Virus record (IMG/VR): IMGVR_UViG_3300027741_000002
Coordinates: 32,001 to 96,000 of that record
Source: a virus
Length of the DNA stretch: 64,000 nt
Reading direction: 5' to 3' (one strand)
Shown here: positions 19,349 to 29,308 of the stretch, one piece after another
How positions within the stretch are numbered: the stretch's first letter is position 1
How the letters are laid out: the number at the start of each line of letters is the position of its first letter
Program-made: the position numbers and the translations under genes
Notes under the pieces: generated by a model
Told to the model about the DNA's origin: nothing
Database searches by the model: none
Seen by the model: only the letters and a program-made list of their open reading frames with translations

Positions 19349-20395
19349 TTAAGCGACTGGATCGTCTACTGACGCGATGATGAAGTCTGTTGCATTATCA
19401 GCGTTGTAGTACTTGTCTCCAGGTACGTTGTATGCAGTTGTTGAGCCCTGTGAAGTGAAGTCGGTCACCGCACGTGAGTTAGAAGTACACAAAGCTGTAC
19501 CGGCATCTGATACAGATGCGATAGAGCCTGTAGTAGTTGTTGTATATGTAAATGTTGTTGTTGTTGGTACTGTTGCGATTGTGTATGTACCATTGAGAGC
19601 AGAGTTAGTTAGACCTGCGATAACTACTGAGTCACCAACTTCAAGGGTATGAGCCGTTGATGTAGTGATTGTAGCAGTTGTTCCAGTACGAGCAACGTTT
19701 GAAACAGTCTTTGAGATATCATCGTGCCAGCGATAGAAGCCCTTGCGTCCTGTTGGAGCCCAGCCGGAACGTGCATATGAGTATGGGCGCTCTGTTGCAA
19801 CTGGGAACTCCCAGCGACCGTCTAGTCCCACTGAGAATGCTGTGTTGCCAAGACCGTAGCCCTGGAAGCTGTTTGCAAGCAAACCGTTTTCAATAACGCG
19901 GTCACCTGAAAGGCGAAGCTTGCAGTATGGGAATACCCAGTGGAAGTAAGGATATGTTGCTGCCTTCTTGCCGTCAATGATTGCGTTAGACCATGTCTCG
20001 ATAGCAACACCGTAGCCTGCAGGGTCATCGCCTACTGCAGGAGAAGACCAGCCGACTGACTTACGATCTGGTGAAGCATATGTGCCTAGGTTCTTGCGAA
20101 GTAGTAAACCACCTGAGATAAGCTGTGTTAGCTCTTGATCTGGTTCTGCGATTGCAAGTTCCATAGAGATACGCTTAAGTGTATCTGGAGACTTGTATGT
20201 TACAGCAACTGCGCCGTTAGCGCCCTTTTCTGTAATTTCATCGCCTTCTTCATATTCAGGCGTAAATGATAGACGCATGAAAGCTGATGTTGTGTAGCTG
20301 TCGCCAGGCTGATTCAGGAGGTTGCCAGATGCGTCAAGTCGAGTTACTCGAATTGATACACCCTGAATACTGGCGGCATATTCTTGAGTTGCCAT
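19349..20395 (-). CDS. major tail protein
   Basis: IRVTRLDASG, PEYEEGDEI, YFHWVFP, IENG typical of actinophage tail tube proteins; C-terminal beta-barrel insert. Confidence 0.85.
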   Translation of the reverse strand: MATQEYAASIQGVSIRVTRLDASGNLLNQPGDSYTTSAFMRLSFTPEYEEGDEITEKGANGAVAVTYKSPDTLKRISMELAIAEPDQELTQLISGGLLLRKNLGTYASPDRKSVGWSSPAVGDDPAGYGVAIETWSNAIIDGKKAATYPYFHWVFPYCKLRLSGDRVIENGLLANSFQGYGLGNTAFSVGLDGRWEFPVATERPYSYARSGWAPTGRKGFYRWHDDISKTVSNVARTGTTATITTSTAHTLEVGDSVVIAGLTNSALNGTYTIATVPTTTTFTYTTTTTGSIASVSDAGTALCTSNSRAVTDFTSQGSTTAYNVPGDKYYNADNATDFIIASVDDPVA

Positions 20396-20441
20396 TTTTT
20401 ATATTTCTCCTTATTTCGAAGCGGCTGCTAATACGTATATT

Positions 20442-21314
20442 TTACGCGGTTAAATCAACTCTGACTGCAAGATAAATTGAACTGTCGAAGTAGACCGAAG
20501 CTGCTCGGGTAGCCTTGATACGCATATTGTTGGCGTTCCCCGACACATCGTAGCCTTGTGCTAGATTGTCGTTTACTACATCTGGCTCGCCGAGGAGGAC
20601 CTTGACCGTGCCAGTTGCGTAAATCCATTTGTTTGTGTCTGACGCCGTTGCGCCTGTAACGCCTACCGGTCCATTACCTGAGTAGCCTGAACCGACCACT
20701 ACTGGTGTTCCACCGAGAGTTTGTAGGTGTTCTTTTTCCTTATTGTCAAAAAGCATGTTATTTGTTGAGTTTAGAAGTGCGGCCATATCACGTGTCATGT
20801 GAATAATTCCCTGCTCGCCTGCCGCAGAAACTACAGCTATTCTGTGCTCTAGTAGTGCTAGCGCGCGACGTGGAGATAGCGCTGTACCGCTGTTAAGAAC
20901 GGTTGCGCCTGAGCCACGTGTAAGATATGGATTAGATAATGATTGACCGGAAGATATAGCTCCGTCCCACAGCTCGGTTTCACAAGCATCCTGGCTGATA
21001 CCTTCAAGTTGACGGATAGCGCGTGCAAAACGATCTTCGCCTACGATGCCTAATGTCGAGCCTTGATCTTCTACTTCAATAAAGAAAGGTGTGTGATATG
21101 TGTATCTTGGTGACGCTGGGTCACTAAAAAGTACTTTAGAAGTGCTACTAGTCTCATCCCAATTACGGCCGTAGTTTGGTCGTGTATCCCATCGCTGGTT
21201 AAATCCTCGAACCCATTTGTCTTCAGCTACAGGAGAGTCAGGCTTAGCTACAACGAAAAGACCAAATGCCGATGGCACGATCTTCGGAGCTTCAAATGTT
21301 CCATCGAACGCCAT
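20442..21314 (-). CDS. second capsid protein (pentamer-type, cluster-B-like)
   Basis: Follows MCP; FGLF, ETELWDG, ALALLE, GIIHM, TLGGTPVVVGSGY, WIYATG. Confidence 0.7.
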   Translation of the reverse strand: MAFDGTFEAPKIVPSAFGLFVVAKPDSPVAEDKWVRGFNQRWDTRPNYGRNWDETSSTSKVLFSDPASPRYTYHTPFFIEVEDQGSTLGIVGEDRFARAIRQLEGISQDACETELWDGAISSGQSLSNPYLTRGSGATVLNSGTALSPRRALALLEHRIAVVSAAGEQGIIHMTRDMAALLNSTNNMLFDNKEKEHLQTLGGTPVVVGSGYSGNGPVGVTGATASDTNKWIYATGTVKVLLGEPDVVNDNLAQGYDVSGNANNMRIKATRAASVYFDSSIYLAVRVDLTA

Positions 21315-21363
21315 GCTCTAATTCCTAACTTAAAGTTTGTTTAATAGTGTCGTACTTCGTATC

Positions 21364-21389
21364 GGGAGCGCTCATTTCTGAGCGCTCCC
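21364..21389 (-). terminator. perfect hairpin between the two capsid genes (attenuator/stabiliser)
   Basis: GGGAGCGCTCA-TTTC-TGAGCGCTCCC, 11 bp stem, no U-tract. Confidence 0.55.
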
Positions 21390-21411
21390 TCAACGACTTT
21401 ATCGAGTAATC

Positions 21412-23463
21412 TTAGTATTCGATAGTTGTTGCTGATGCGCCACCAAGTAGGTCGCGTAGAGCAGATGCTGTACCGTTTACGTTGATTGTTGATGTCACCT
21501 TAAGTGATTCAACTCCAACAAGTGCAACATTTTCGAAGGTTTCAACGAACATCTTGTAATCGTTAGTACCAACGAGTGTTGAGTCACGGATAATTCCGAG
21601 ATCCATTGTGCCACCATCTAGGAACAAGAATGTTCCTTCAGCGAACAAGTACCAGACAAATGTGTCTGGGAATTCGTTCATTGCGCCTGCTGATTGAGCA
21701 CCAAATGGTGATGCGCCAGCTGGTGTGTCAAGTGAGTAAGAAGCATTGATACCGCGTGCTGCGATATATGCATCAATCTCACCGTAGGCGTTCATTGATT
21801 CATCGCCAGGCATTGATAGTGTAAGGTCAGCTGCCATCGCGTCCTTGATCCATGCTGGGATGATTGCGCGAAGTGGCGCATCAGCCTCTAGACGGTGACG
21901 TGCACGGTATGCTGCCGCTGCGCGGCCAAGCTGTACTAGGAAGTCGCGACCCATACCTACGAGAGATGTGGATGTGACTGCTGTCGAAGCTGCACCGATG
22001 TTTGCTAGAAGGTTTCCTTCAGCTTCGCGTGCGTGCTGAATAAGACCAAGCTCGTTGTGACGAGCAATCAATTCAGGATAAGCACGTGTTAGAAGGTTAC
22101 CAAACTGTAGCTGTAGTGTTACTGCATCAGTTGAGACTGTTGTCTCAGATGCTGCTGTTACAGTCAAGCTTGTCTTAGCTGATGGTGATGGTGTCTGTGC
22201 TGAATCGTTTGCAGCGGTCCAGATTCCTACGGCGCTGCCGTAATCTGCTAGAACTGGTGGAACGATGTAGCGGATACCGCCACGATCTGCCTGGAAGCGA
22301 GGTAGAGCATCACGGACTGGGCGTACATTGCTGCCGAGACTGAAAATGTCGTACTTAACTTCGAATGGAGCCTGGTGTCCGCCAGATGCAACGAGTGCCT
22401 CTGGGCCGACTACAGATTGAATCTTGTTCCAGTTAGCTTCTGCATCCTGTGTAAGGGTGCGCTCTTCTGGGAACTTTGTGGTGACAGAAGCAACAATGTG
22501 CTGCTCTCCATCTCCACCGTTTACACGACGTAGTGTGTGGATACGCTTTGCCATTGCTTCGGCAACTCCACTCATGTCGTTAATTGTGCTGCCAGCTGTG
22601 TAGCCAGGAATGTCAGCGCCGGCAGTGATTGCCACTGTAGCAGCTGATACCTGAGCAACAGGGCGGCGATCAGCTGGAGCTTCGATTAAAGCGTCCAACT
22701 CGTTGTTTGCGGCGGCGGTCACTGGTGCCTCCTGATCTTCCTGCGCGATTGGCGCTTCGATTGTTTCTGGTTCTGTTGATGGTACCTCTTCTTCAGCTGA
22801 CGCTACAACTGCTTCTTCAGCAGGTGCTTCTGCAGCAACTTCAGGTTCGGTCGATTCTGTTTGTACTTCTTCTACTGTTGAAAGCTCAGCTTGTGGAGTT
22901 GCCTCGACTGTTGCTTCTGCAGCAGCTTCAACTTCTACAGCAGCCTCGGCTGCTGGTTCGGTCTCAGTTGCAACAACTTCTTCTGGAGCTGATAGTTCAG
23001 CTACAGGCTCGATTGTCTCTGTTGTTTCTGTTGGTTCTACTGAGGTTGAAAGCTCAGATCCTGTTTCCACAGATGTTGACGCTGCCATAGGCATTTCCTT
23101 CTTCTCTTCTTCGGGAGTTTCCTTAGCTTCTTCAGCTGGATCTCCTTCAGTCTCGGCAGGAGTCTCTGCAGGCATTTCGTCTGCTGGGACATCTTCTGCA
23201 GGAACATCTTCTTGGCCTTTAACACGCATTGCTGCTTCCGCAGCACGTGCTGCAAGCTCTTCAGCTGCAGCTGCGCGATTCTTGATTTCACCGCGAACGG
23301 TGTCAAGCATATCGGCTAGTGATGTCATGGCGTCTACTGTCTGAGGAGTAGGATCTTCTTTTTCAACCGTTTCAAACTCATTGACGATGGCTGTCTGTAG
23401 GTCGGCGAGTTGATCCTCGCCAAGCTCAGTCAGGCTGTCAAGCATTGTTTTAATTTGGTCCAC
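21412..23463 (-). CDS. major capsid protein (hexamer-type) with acidic N-terminal scaffold
   Basis: Long E/A/P-rich N-terminus, ITAGADIPG, ALVASGG..AP..YD, LP.FQADRGGIRY, GNL..RAYPELI, GTF..LDGGTMDLGIIRDSTLVGTNDY. Confidence 0.9.
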   Translation of the reverse strand: MDQIKTMLDSLTELGEDQLADLQTAIVNEFETVEKEDPTPQTVDAMTSLADMLDTVRGEIKNRAAAAEELAARAAEAAMRVKGQEDVPAEDVPADEMPAETPAETEGDPAEEAKETPEEEKKEMPMAASTSVETGSELSTSVEPTETTETIEPVAELSAPEEVVATETEPAAEAAVEVEAAAEATVEATPQAELSTVEEVQTESTEPEVAAEAPAEEAVVASAEEEVPSTEPETIEAPIAQEDQEAPVTAAANNELDALIEAPADRRPVAQVSAATVAITAGADIPGYTAGSTINDMSGVAEAMAKRIHTLRRVNGGDGEQHIVASVTTKFPEERTLTQDAEANWNKIQSVVGPEALVASGGHQAPFEVKYDIFSLGSNVRPVRDALPRFQADRGGIRYIVPPVLADYGSAVGIWTAANDSAQTPSPSAKTSLTVTAASETTVSTDAVTLQLQFGNLLTRAYPELIARHNELGLIQHAREAEGNLLANIGAASTAVTSTSLVGMGRDFLVQLGRAAAAYRARHRLEADAPLRAIIPAWIKDAMAADLTLSMPGDESMNAYGEIDAYIAARGINASYSLDTPAGASPFGAQSAGAMNEFPDTFVWYLFAEGTFLFLDGGTMDLGIIRDSTLVGTNDYKMFVETFENVALVGVESLKVTSTINVNGTASALRDLLGGASATTIEY

Positions 23464-23464
23464 T

Positions 23465-23537
23465 GTCCCTCCTCTGGGCCAGTCATGATGAACAAGATTA
23501 GTTAGTTCATCTCGCTAATCAGTCAAGGCCGAGGGAC
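23465..23537 (-). promoter_or_regulatory. structured leader occluding the MCP ribosome-binding site
   Basis: Nested stems GTCCCTC/GAGGGAC, GGCC/GGCC, GATGAAC/GTTCATC ending 1 nt before the GTG start. Confidence 0.55.
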
Positions 23538-23592
23538 TTATACGCGGTTGCGTTAAGGCACTCCACCTAGATTGAATAATACATTATATTTT

Positions 23593-26500
23593 CTAGGTTA
23601 ATAGTCGAAGAAGTTTACTTAACTCAGAGGAAATCTCCTGCTGAGTATAGTAGTCTCCACCGGACATAAAGGACCGCAAGCCCACGGTTGCCTCTTGAGC
23701 ATCTTTTGCACCGATCTTGTCTGTCACTCGTGACAGCATATCGTCCATAAGATTTTTTAAAGCTGGAGGAAGATCACTGTAGCGAACTTTCTCTGTTTCA
23801 CTCCCAAACGGCAACGGCAGGTTAGCAATAACCTCGCCTAAGGCTTTTGCCGAGGAACGAACATTTTCTAGTGCCTGTGGATTTAGAGCTCCAGAGTCTA
23901 GTCTATCTACGATACCAATAACATCGTTGGCAGCCTTAGCTGCGTCCTGGTAGTTACCGACCTCGTTGAGCTGCTCTGCCTTGGCTACTTTTTGCACTAC
24001 GTCTTGAAGACCAGCTGCGCCAAGATCTTGCTTAATGCGTGCTAGAACTTTACGAAACTTGCCTTTTTCATCACGCGGTTGAGTGTCAGGAGTATATTTA
24101 CCCTGCGCTTGAGCCTCAACCGCTAATGTTTTTCCCATATCATCGCCTAGCTTAGCGGAAAACTCGGCTAACCGCGTACGAAGATCATCAACGTCCTCGT
24201 CTACCGTGGATAGCGATTTCCATTCGTCGGGGACAAGATCCGGTCGGTCAAGTTTCTTAGCCATCTTCGTGATATGGCGACGAACCGCGGCCTTATGTCC
24301 AGCCTTAGCTCTACCGTACGCCTGCACCGCGTTCTTTACATCTTCAACGTTAGTGATAGGGAATGAACCGTCAGGAAGAGCTCTTCCTTCCTTGGCAAGC
24401 TGCATTCTTTTTGCTCGTGAGACAGTCGCAAATTCATCATCGTAGCGAGGCGCGCCATGAATACGGGCGTAAGCTTCAGCTGCCTTAATTGAAAGCTGAG
24501 CTTCCTTCTCTTGACGGACTATATCAAACTTTGCCTTTGCGACATCCGCTTTTGTAGAAAGTTGCGCGTTTTCTAACTGCTCCAGTTTTTCAATTCTAGA
24601 GCTTAATTCTGCGACAGGATCTGACTTCATGCGTGCAAGTACTTGAGCACCTGCCGCAACCAATGCCATAACCGCACCTGAGGCTACTCGAGCGCGTGCA
24701 ATAGGGAAGCCTGGTACGTTTACCTGGCAAACAGCCACAAGCTCGAGCTGACCCTTAATTGGACGCCAGTCACCGGAAGGCGCAGACGCACGAAGGGCAC
24801 GAACTTGCTCTGGAGATGTGCCTGGACGTAAAGCACCAGATACCCAGATACCAAATGCATCTTCTCCTGCATGGACATCTGCAATTGCTGAGCCAGTGTC
24901 GTCATAGTGACGAGCAGCTTCGTGAGCAGATGCTTCTAGTGAAGCGTGGCCTCCGGCTAATGTTAATTGGCCTACAGGAACATCTGTTCCTTCGTCTGTG
25001 CGAACAACACCCGTGTGGAAGTAGGCGTACTTGCTCTTTGAGCGCGGTGGACGAGTCCCGAATGACATTCCAATATGATCAACATGCCATGCAGCAATGT
25101 GACCAAACACTCGGCCGTCATCGTCTACAGTCAAAGGCGTTGCCTGACGCAGTTGCGGATTGTCAAACCACGAGGTAGGTGGTGTTACTGGGATAGAACC
25201 TGCAACAAGGCCACACGCAACAAGCGCTGACGCTTCAGTGGGATCCATTTCATCGGCGTATACTCCGTCTGGGATAGTCACGCTGTCCTCCTGAGTCTTG
25301 TCATTATCGACAAGGTAGATTTGGCACTCTTGAAATGCCGGTTTAGGCACTAGAGTTACCGCCATAACACGCGCATGAGTAATCATGAGCTTGTCCGTTC
25401 CGATTTTACCATCTTCTTCATTTTCAGATAATTCAGCTATATGCTGGCTTGCCTCGAATTGATCTAGGTCAGCGGAAACACCGCGGATAAATCCTTCGCG
25501 CACGAGACGCTCGGCTTCCTGTCCGTATGCACCGGAGTCAAAGACTCCTGTGGCGTTTCCAATTCCATTTTCAACACGCTCCATGTGATCAATGCGGCCG
25601 ACAACAACTGAGCCGTTGTGGCCTTCATCTGTCTTGATCTGCCACATCAAAGGAAGAGGCAGTTCACGGATCTCAATCGCGCCCTTTTCAAACTTGCGAC
25701 CGTCTCCAGACTCAAGATCCTCTGGGATAACGAGAGGAATTGTAAATGCTGCGCCATCAGGCATCTCTACCTCGGCCCCAGCTGTAATGACACGCAGGCG
25801 CGCATCGGCAGCCCTAGCAGAAAGCACAGAAGAAGATAATACGTCTTCATATGAGTTAATACCGTCGATGGCAAATACTCCTTTGTTATGGCCAGGATTG
25901 TTCTTATCGCCAGGCCACATTCCTGTCATTTCATGGTGGCGCAAGGAGCAATACCCCTTAGCACGTGGACCCATGTACTTCTTTAGGTGTCGATAGCAAC
26001 GTGTCCAATCGCCGGGAGTTCCCCAGCGAATCTTTAGTCCACCCTTACCGATTGTCCAGTAACGGCGAAGTGTTTCCGCGTTGCCTCTATTTTGATCTAA
26101 TCCACCGGCTGCGGTCATACCGTAGTCACATTCCTGAGCCATTAAATCATCATCCATAAGAAGAATAATGATCTCATCGTCAGGTTCAAATGTTGGGTCA
26201 TAGATGTCATCAGGAGTGCTGATGATGTCATCAATGTCCATTCCCATATCTTGAGGAGTAACCTCGGTAGTTGGTAGTGTTTCAGAGACAAATTCTTCTA
26301 CAGAATTATTACGAGCACGGTCACGCTTTGCATGGGTGGAGGTGTAGATACCAATCGCGTCCTTATGACGAAGTTGACAATAGCCTTTAGCGCGAGGTCC
26401 TAGGTACTTAGCGAGGTGACGAACACAACGTGCCCAGTCTCCCTTAGTGCCCCAACGAATCTTTGCCGCACCTTTTCCGCTTGTCCAATAGCGACGTAGT

Positions 26501-28704
26501 GTTTCAGCATTACCGCGATTACGATCTGGTCCTCCAGCAGCTGTCATCATCATGACGTTCCCGTTAGCACCCCATAGAACGGTAATGATGTCTGAATCAG
26601 AGTAAGCAGATGAGACTACAACTGGGATAACACCATCAACCTGCTGAATTACGCTCTGTAGTGATTCTCCGTCAAGAGGTACGACAGGCGGTGGAGTAGC
26701 GGACTTAATATCAGCAAGAACGGACTCATCTCTAACCCACTTCTTATCCTTACGTGCGTAGGTCATTGGCTCTAGTGACGTAGAGCTTGCAGGGACTAGA
26801 GAAATTAAGTCTAGAACAGCCGATGGATCATCCTGAGATACTACAGCAAAGAACATAGGCTGTACGTCGCTGCTTTCTGGTGCCATCTCTACAGAGTTGC
26901 CAGGCTTATTTTGATTAGTCTCTTGTTCCTTTATTTTCTTTGCATCTTCAGGAGACTCATAGGAGCCACTGCCACGAACTACAGGTTGGTAGTAAACCTT
27001 GTTTGGATAATAGTAGCTTCCGTCCGAGCCTTTTACCTTCTTGTTTAGAAAGCTTTTAAGAACAGGGTGCATATATGGATCTGTGATTAACTTTACGCCT
27101 GTTAACTTTTCAAGAGCTGTTAGATTTTCTGTTTTTGCAGGTTGAGGAACTTGTCCTGGTCCTGTGATAAGTTTTCTTTTCTTTTCAGGAGTAGCGTTTG
27201 GGACACCTGCGCTAGGAGTAGCAGGATTGGCGTTAAACGCATCACGTTGTGATTTAACCCACGTTGGCCAATCTGAAAGAATAGTCGCAAGGTCTCCTTG
27301 AGAAAGTGCTGGAAGAGTTCCAGGAATTCTTGCGTTAGGACGGTCAATAGGAGCTCTAGGTTGACCTAGAATTCCAGAGGTATCGAGTGGGGTTACATCA
27401 ACAGTGTTGTCTACCGGAGCTGTAACAACACTTTCAGGAGCGGTTGCAACAGCCGGTACATCAACAATACTTCCGGAGTCTAACTGGACCTTAAGTGATT
27501 GCTTTGCAGGATCTATTGAAACAATATTTCCTGAGCCTTTAGCTGCATCTCCGCCGATAACAACTCTTGATCCAACCTTAGCAAATCTTCCTGTCTTATC
27601 ACGTACCTGTTGTTGAGCCTTAGCAGAACGCTCTTCAGGAGTATAGTTTCCGTCCTGATTTACTGGAGTATCAGAAGGAGTAACAACCGCTGCTGTAATA
27701 ACTCTATCTATAAGTTTGTAATCTAGCTCTGAGGCTGCCTTCATAATCATGTCAGCTTCATCGTAGTTGATATCAAACAACGAGACGTAGTGTCCTGGAT
27801 TTTCCTGTAGACACGCAGAGATAAAGAGTGCAGACTCCGCATCAATCTCAACGTGAGTTTTTTCAACAGTGTCGTCTGGATTGTCAAGAGCTAGGTCGTA
27901 GCTTGCAAAGTCAGAGTGTACATCTGGCATAGAGTGCCAGAACCCTGCATCCCACACGGAAACGTTATAAGCATCATCTACCTTATAGAGACGGTCAATA
28001 CCAGAGCCGTCCATACGCATGCGGGCAAGAAACTCAACTGCTCCATTATCGGTGGCTGCCGCAATCTTAAATGCGTCAACGTCTGCGTCATAGCTGGTAT
28101 CTGTTGCGTAGTTATACGCGTCTTCTTCATAGCCGTGATCTGTGTAACCGTCAGCTCTTAACGCTTTTTTGTTCTCGCGCTCGACGATTGTCTGCGCCCA
28201 TTTCCATCCCGCGTCTCCGCCCCAGAGAGCCCACGCAATACGCCCGCGAGAAGGAAAGCCTTCTTCACCTGGCTTATAGCCCGTCGCCTTCTTATCAACT
28301 TCATGACGAGGAAAATACTTAGCAATATGACGAACTTTTTCAATTCCAATTTGGCCACCTTTCGCCAACGTACGCGCTGTGTTAAGACCTACAGGTGTTC
28401 CACCACGATGAAACTCCTTGTGCCAGTCTAAAGCACGGTTAGCTTCCTCCTGGGCGCCTTTAGGAATGGTATACATACGACCGGCGGATGAAACGATGCT
28501 TACGTTCAGGGTCGTTAATGCAGCCTGCGCAAGCTCGGCAGTAGACTCATCAAACTCTATGCTGTCGTCCTGCCACTTTGCAGAAGCAATAAGGGCTGAC
28601 AGTGGGCCAGAATCAACTACAACGTTTTCTTCAACGTCAATAACAACGCCGCTGTTCTCGTTAGAGAATAGAACGTGCGAACCATTCTTACCTACGATAT
28701 CCAT
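23593..28704 (-). CDS. capsid maturation protease-containing multidomain polyprotein
   Basis: Prohead protease domain (ESGDGRKF, LPLPLMWQ..GH..SVVVGRI, GVSADLD, AVTLVPKPAF), second domain (VFGHIAAW..SAPSGDWR..VNVPGFP), IAWALWGGDAG domain, duplicated LRRYW..KIRWGT domain, ALPDGSFPI domain; ATG 28704 preferred. Confidence 0.85.
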   Translation of the reverse strand: MDIVGKNGSHVLFSNENSGVVIDVEENVVVDSGPLSALIASAKWQDDSIEFDESTAELAQAALTTLNVSIVSSAGRMYTIPKGAQEEANRALDWHKEFHRGGTPVGLNTARTLAKGGQIGIEKVRHIAKYFPRHEVDKKATGYKPGEEGFPSRGRIAWALWGGDAGWKWAQTIVERENKKALRADGYTDHGYEEDAYNYATDTSYDADVDAFKIAAATDNGAVEFLARMRMDGSGIDRLYKVDDAYNVSVWDAGFWHSMPDVHSDFASYDLALDNPDDTVEKTHVEIDAESALFISACLQENPGHYVSLFDINYDEADMIMKAASELDYKLIDRVITAAVVTPSDTPVNQDGNYTPEERSAKAQQQVRDKTGRFAKVGSRVVIGGDAAKGSGNIVSIDPAKQSLKVQLDSGSIVDVPAVATAPESVVTAPVDNTVDVTPLDTSGILGQPRAPIDRPNARIPGTLPALSQGDLATILSDWPTWVKSQRDAFNANPATPSAGVPNATPEKKRKLITGPGQVPQPAKTENLTALEKLTGVKLITDPYMHPVLKSFLNKKVKGSDGSYYYPNKVYYQPVVRGSGSYESPEDAKKIKEQETNQNKPGNSVEMAPESSDVQPMFFAVVSQDDPSAVLDLISLVPASSTSLEPMTYARKDKKWVRDESVLADIKSATPPPVVPLDGESLQSVIQQVDGVIPVVVSSAYSDSDIITVLWGANGNVMMMTAAGGPDRNRGNAETLRRYWTSGKGAAKIRWGTKGDWARCVRHLAKYLGPRAKGYCQLRHKDAIGIYTSTHAKRDRARNNSVEEFVSETLPTTEVTPQDMGMDIDDIISTPDDIYDPTFEPDDEIIILLMDDDLMAQECDYGMTAAGGLDQNRGNAETLRRYWTIGKGGLKIRWGTPGDWTRCYRHLKKYMGPRAKGYCSLRHHEMTGMWPGDKNNPGHNKGVFAIDGINSYEDVLSSSVLSARAADARLRVITAGAEVEMPDGAAFTIPLVIPEDLESGDGRKFEKGAIEIRELPLPLMWQIKTDEGHNGSVVVGRIDHMERVENGIGNATGVFDSGAYGQEAERLVREGFIRGVSADLDQFEASQHIAELSENEEDGKIGTDKLMITHARVMAVTLVPKPAFQECQIYLVDNDKTQEDSVTIPDGVYADEMDPTEASALVACGLVAGSIPVTPPTSWFDNPQLRQATPLTVDDDGRVFGHIAAWHVDHIGMSFGTRPPRSKSKYAYFHTGVVRTDEGTDVPVGQLTLAGGHASLEASAHEAARHYDDTGSAIADVHAGEDAFGIWVSGALRPGTSPEQVRALRASAPSGDWRPIKGQLELVAVCQVNVPGFPIARARVASGAVMALVAAGAQVLARMKSDPVAELSSRIEKLEQLENAQLSTKADVAKAKFDIVRQEKEAQLSIKAAEAYARIHGAPRYDDEFATVSRAKRMQLAKEGRALPDGSFPITNVEDVKNAVQAYGRAKAGHKAAVRRHITKMAKKLDRPDLVPDEWKSLSTVDEDVDDLRTRLAEFSAKLGDDMGKTLAVEAQAQGKYTPDTQPRDEKGKFRKVLARIKQDLGAAGLQDVVQKVAKAEQLNEVGNYQDAAKAANDVIGIVDRLDSGALNPQALENVRSSAKALGEVIANLPLPFGSETEKVRYSDLPPALKNLMDDMLSRVTDKIGAKDAQEATVGLRSFMSGGDYYTQQEISSELSKLLRLLT

Positions 28705-28705
28705 T

Positions 28706-29299
28706 TTACTTCTTCCCTGTTTCGTTATTTCCGGGTTGAGCGTCAAACACTATATCTCCTACAAATCCGTCTGCTGTTTGACCATCCATGTAATCTAACA
28801 GCCATGCATTAGGCCCATTTGGATCTACCGAGCCAAGCGCAGCAAATACTAGTTCAATCATACCAGAGGCTGTGATTTCTTGCTCTGGATCTTCACTTGA
28901 AAGCTGCTCGTAAAGTTCAGGATAGTCTTGGAATACTTGGTCCATATCGTCTGACGCAACGGCGAGTCCTGTCCCTATATCGTGGCCTTGCTCATCTTCG
29001 TATACTCTCTGCATAGAAAGCTTTTCGCTTGAGATTGCAGTCTTTTCGCTTGCTTCGTCTATAGGTGCAGAAAAGAAAAAGTTAGATAAGCCGATAGTTG
29101 CAATAGCTAGGTAATCATCAATCTTTAAAGTTTTTGGATCTTTGTCTATCTTGCTCATGAGAAGCTCTACGCGCTTAGCGGAATCAAACATAGGATTCTT
29201 GTCATCTCTAAAGATGTAGGAAAATCCTTTATCTGTAGCCATAATTGAGAACATATGTGAATTGTCCTGTGAGTCATACCCGCGAATTACTTTTATCAT
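28706..29299 (-). CDS. hypothetical acidic protein downstream of the GNAT/kinase protein
   Basis: RBS AAGGAGA, 197 aa. Confidence 0.7.
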   Translation of the reverse strand: MIKVIRGYDSQDNSHMFSIMATDKGFSYIFRDDKNPMFDSAKRVELLMSKIDKDPKTLKIDDYLAIATIGLSNFFFSAPIDEASEKTAISSEKLSMQRVYEDEQGHDIGTGLAVASDDMDQVFQDYPELYEQLSSEDPEQEITASGMIELVFAALGSVDPNGPNAWLLDYMDGQTADGFVGDIVFDAQPGNNETGKK

Positions 29300-29308
29300 T
29301 ATGTCTCC

